A stretch of DNA of 64,000 nucleotides, taken from Escherichia coli. Its GTDB lineage: Bacteria; Pseudomonadota; Gammaproteobacteria; Enterobacterales; Enterobacteriaceae. Positions 63,477-64,000 of this stretch are shown piece by piece (position 1 is the first letter of the stretch; each line of letters begins with the position of its first letter). The notes below the pieces were generated by a model. The model saw only the letters and a program-made list of their open reading frames with translations. It was not told the DNA's origin and did no database searches. Made by a program: the position numbers and the translations under genes. The DNA is taken from the NCBI RefSeq assembly GCF_002854065.1, contig NZ_CP024147.1; one strand, 5' to 3'.

Positions 63477-64000
63477 CTACTTTTCTTCCAGGTAACTCTC
63501 TTCGAAGATTTCAATAGGGAGTGGGCGAGCAAAAAGGAAGCCCTGGGCAATACCAACGCCCGCTTTTGCCAGCCAGTCGCGTTGTGCTTCAGTCTCCACA
63601 CCTTCGGCAATCATTTGTAAGTTCAGGCTCTGCGCCAGCATGATAATTGCAGCAATCATGCTGCTATCTTCCGGCAAGCCTTCAACAAACATTTTGTCGA
63701 TTTTCAGTACGTCGATTGGCAACGATTTCATATGCTGCAGCTGACGCAGCCCTGCGTAGCCCATGCCGAAATCATCCAGCGCCACCCGAACTCCGGCATT
63801 GCGCAGCGGACGGAGGATTGCCACCGCAGCATGAGGGTCGTCAATACGTCGGCTTTCTGTCACTTCCAGAATCAGTGTTCCCGGCTGAATGCGATAGCGG
63901 GTTAACAGTTCCAGCATATCCGCCACCATATTCGGGTGCATCAGTTGCAGCGCAGAGAGGTTTACCGACAAGGGCAGCATAATGCCGCGCTCTTGCCAGG
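63477..64000 (-). CDS. pdeK: PdeK (YhjK) c-di-GMP phosphodiesterase, C-terminal EAL domain (partial; continues beyond the window)
   Basis: The C-terminal sequence ...[13 protein letters not shown]...[14 protein letters not shown]...[14 protein letters not shown]... is present. The frame is open to the window edge. Confidence 0.9.
   Translation of the reverse strand, partial: WQERGIMLPLSVNLSALQLMHPNMVADMLELLTRYRIQPGTLILEVTESRRIDDPHAAVAILRPLRNAGVRVALDDFGMGYAGLRQLQHMKSLPIDVLKIDKMFVEGLPEDSSMIAAIIMLAQSLNLQMIAEGVETEAQRDWLAKAGVGIAQGFLFARPLPIEIFEESYLEEK

Overview
The window looks like an Escherichia coli chromosome from a chu-positive, non-K-12 lineage. All identifications rest on reading the ORF translations and motifs from memory; no database search was run.

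Positions 1 to about 23717 are a mosaic accessory island. In order it contains:
- the right end of IS2
- an IS2-truncated winged-helix gene, divergent from an XRE regulator
- an 870-aa Rad50/RloC-like ABC ATPase with a mid-coil CxxC hook
- a 242-aa unknown protein
- an R773-type arsRDABC operon
- a PAT/ArsN-type acetyltransferase
- a TauE-family permease plus a ModE-N-domain-only regulator, behind a perfect 44-bp palindrome
- a second, atypical ars cluster: arsR2-arsH-ECF sigma-arsD2-arsA2, divergent from an ArsP-like permease with a Cys-pair-rich loop
- a translationally chained trio of tyrosine recombinases (two disrupted) plus a small coiled-coil protein

The chromosomal backbone then resumes:
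- a 15-nt gor 3' remnant and its terminator
- dinQ-agrAB
- a decayed native ars locus (promoter fused to the last ~50 nt of arsB, arsC cut by IS1)
- IS1
- a 5'-truncated dctR, with slp and yhiS missing
- the chuSA / chuTWXYUV heme locus
- the acid-fitness island (yhiD hdeBA hdeD gadE mdtEF gadW gadY gadX gadA)
- yhjA treF yhjB yhjC yhjD yhjE yhjG pdeH kdgK yhjJ dctA and the 3' end of pdeK

The most interesting candidates are:
- The second ars cluster. ArsD2, ArsA2 and ArsR2 have each lost the third metalloid-ligand cysteine, and the cluster embeds an anti-sigma-less ECF sigma factor with a C-terminal C-x10-CC tail.
- The ArsP-like permease with four (S/T)CC(S/T) repeats.
- The stand-alone RloC-like ATPase.
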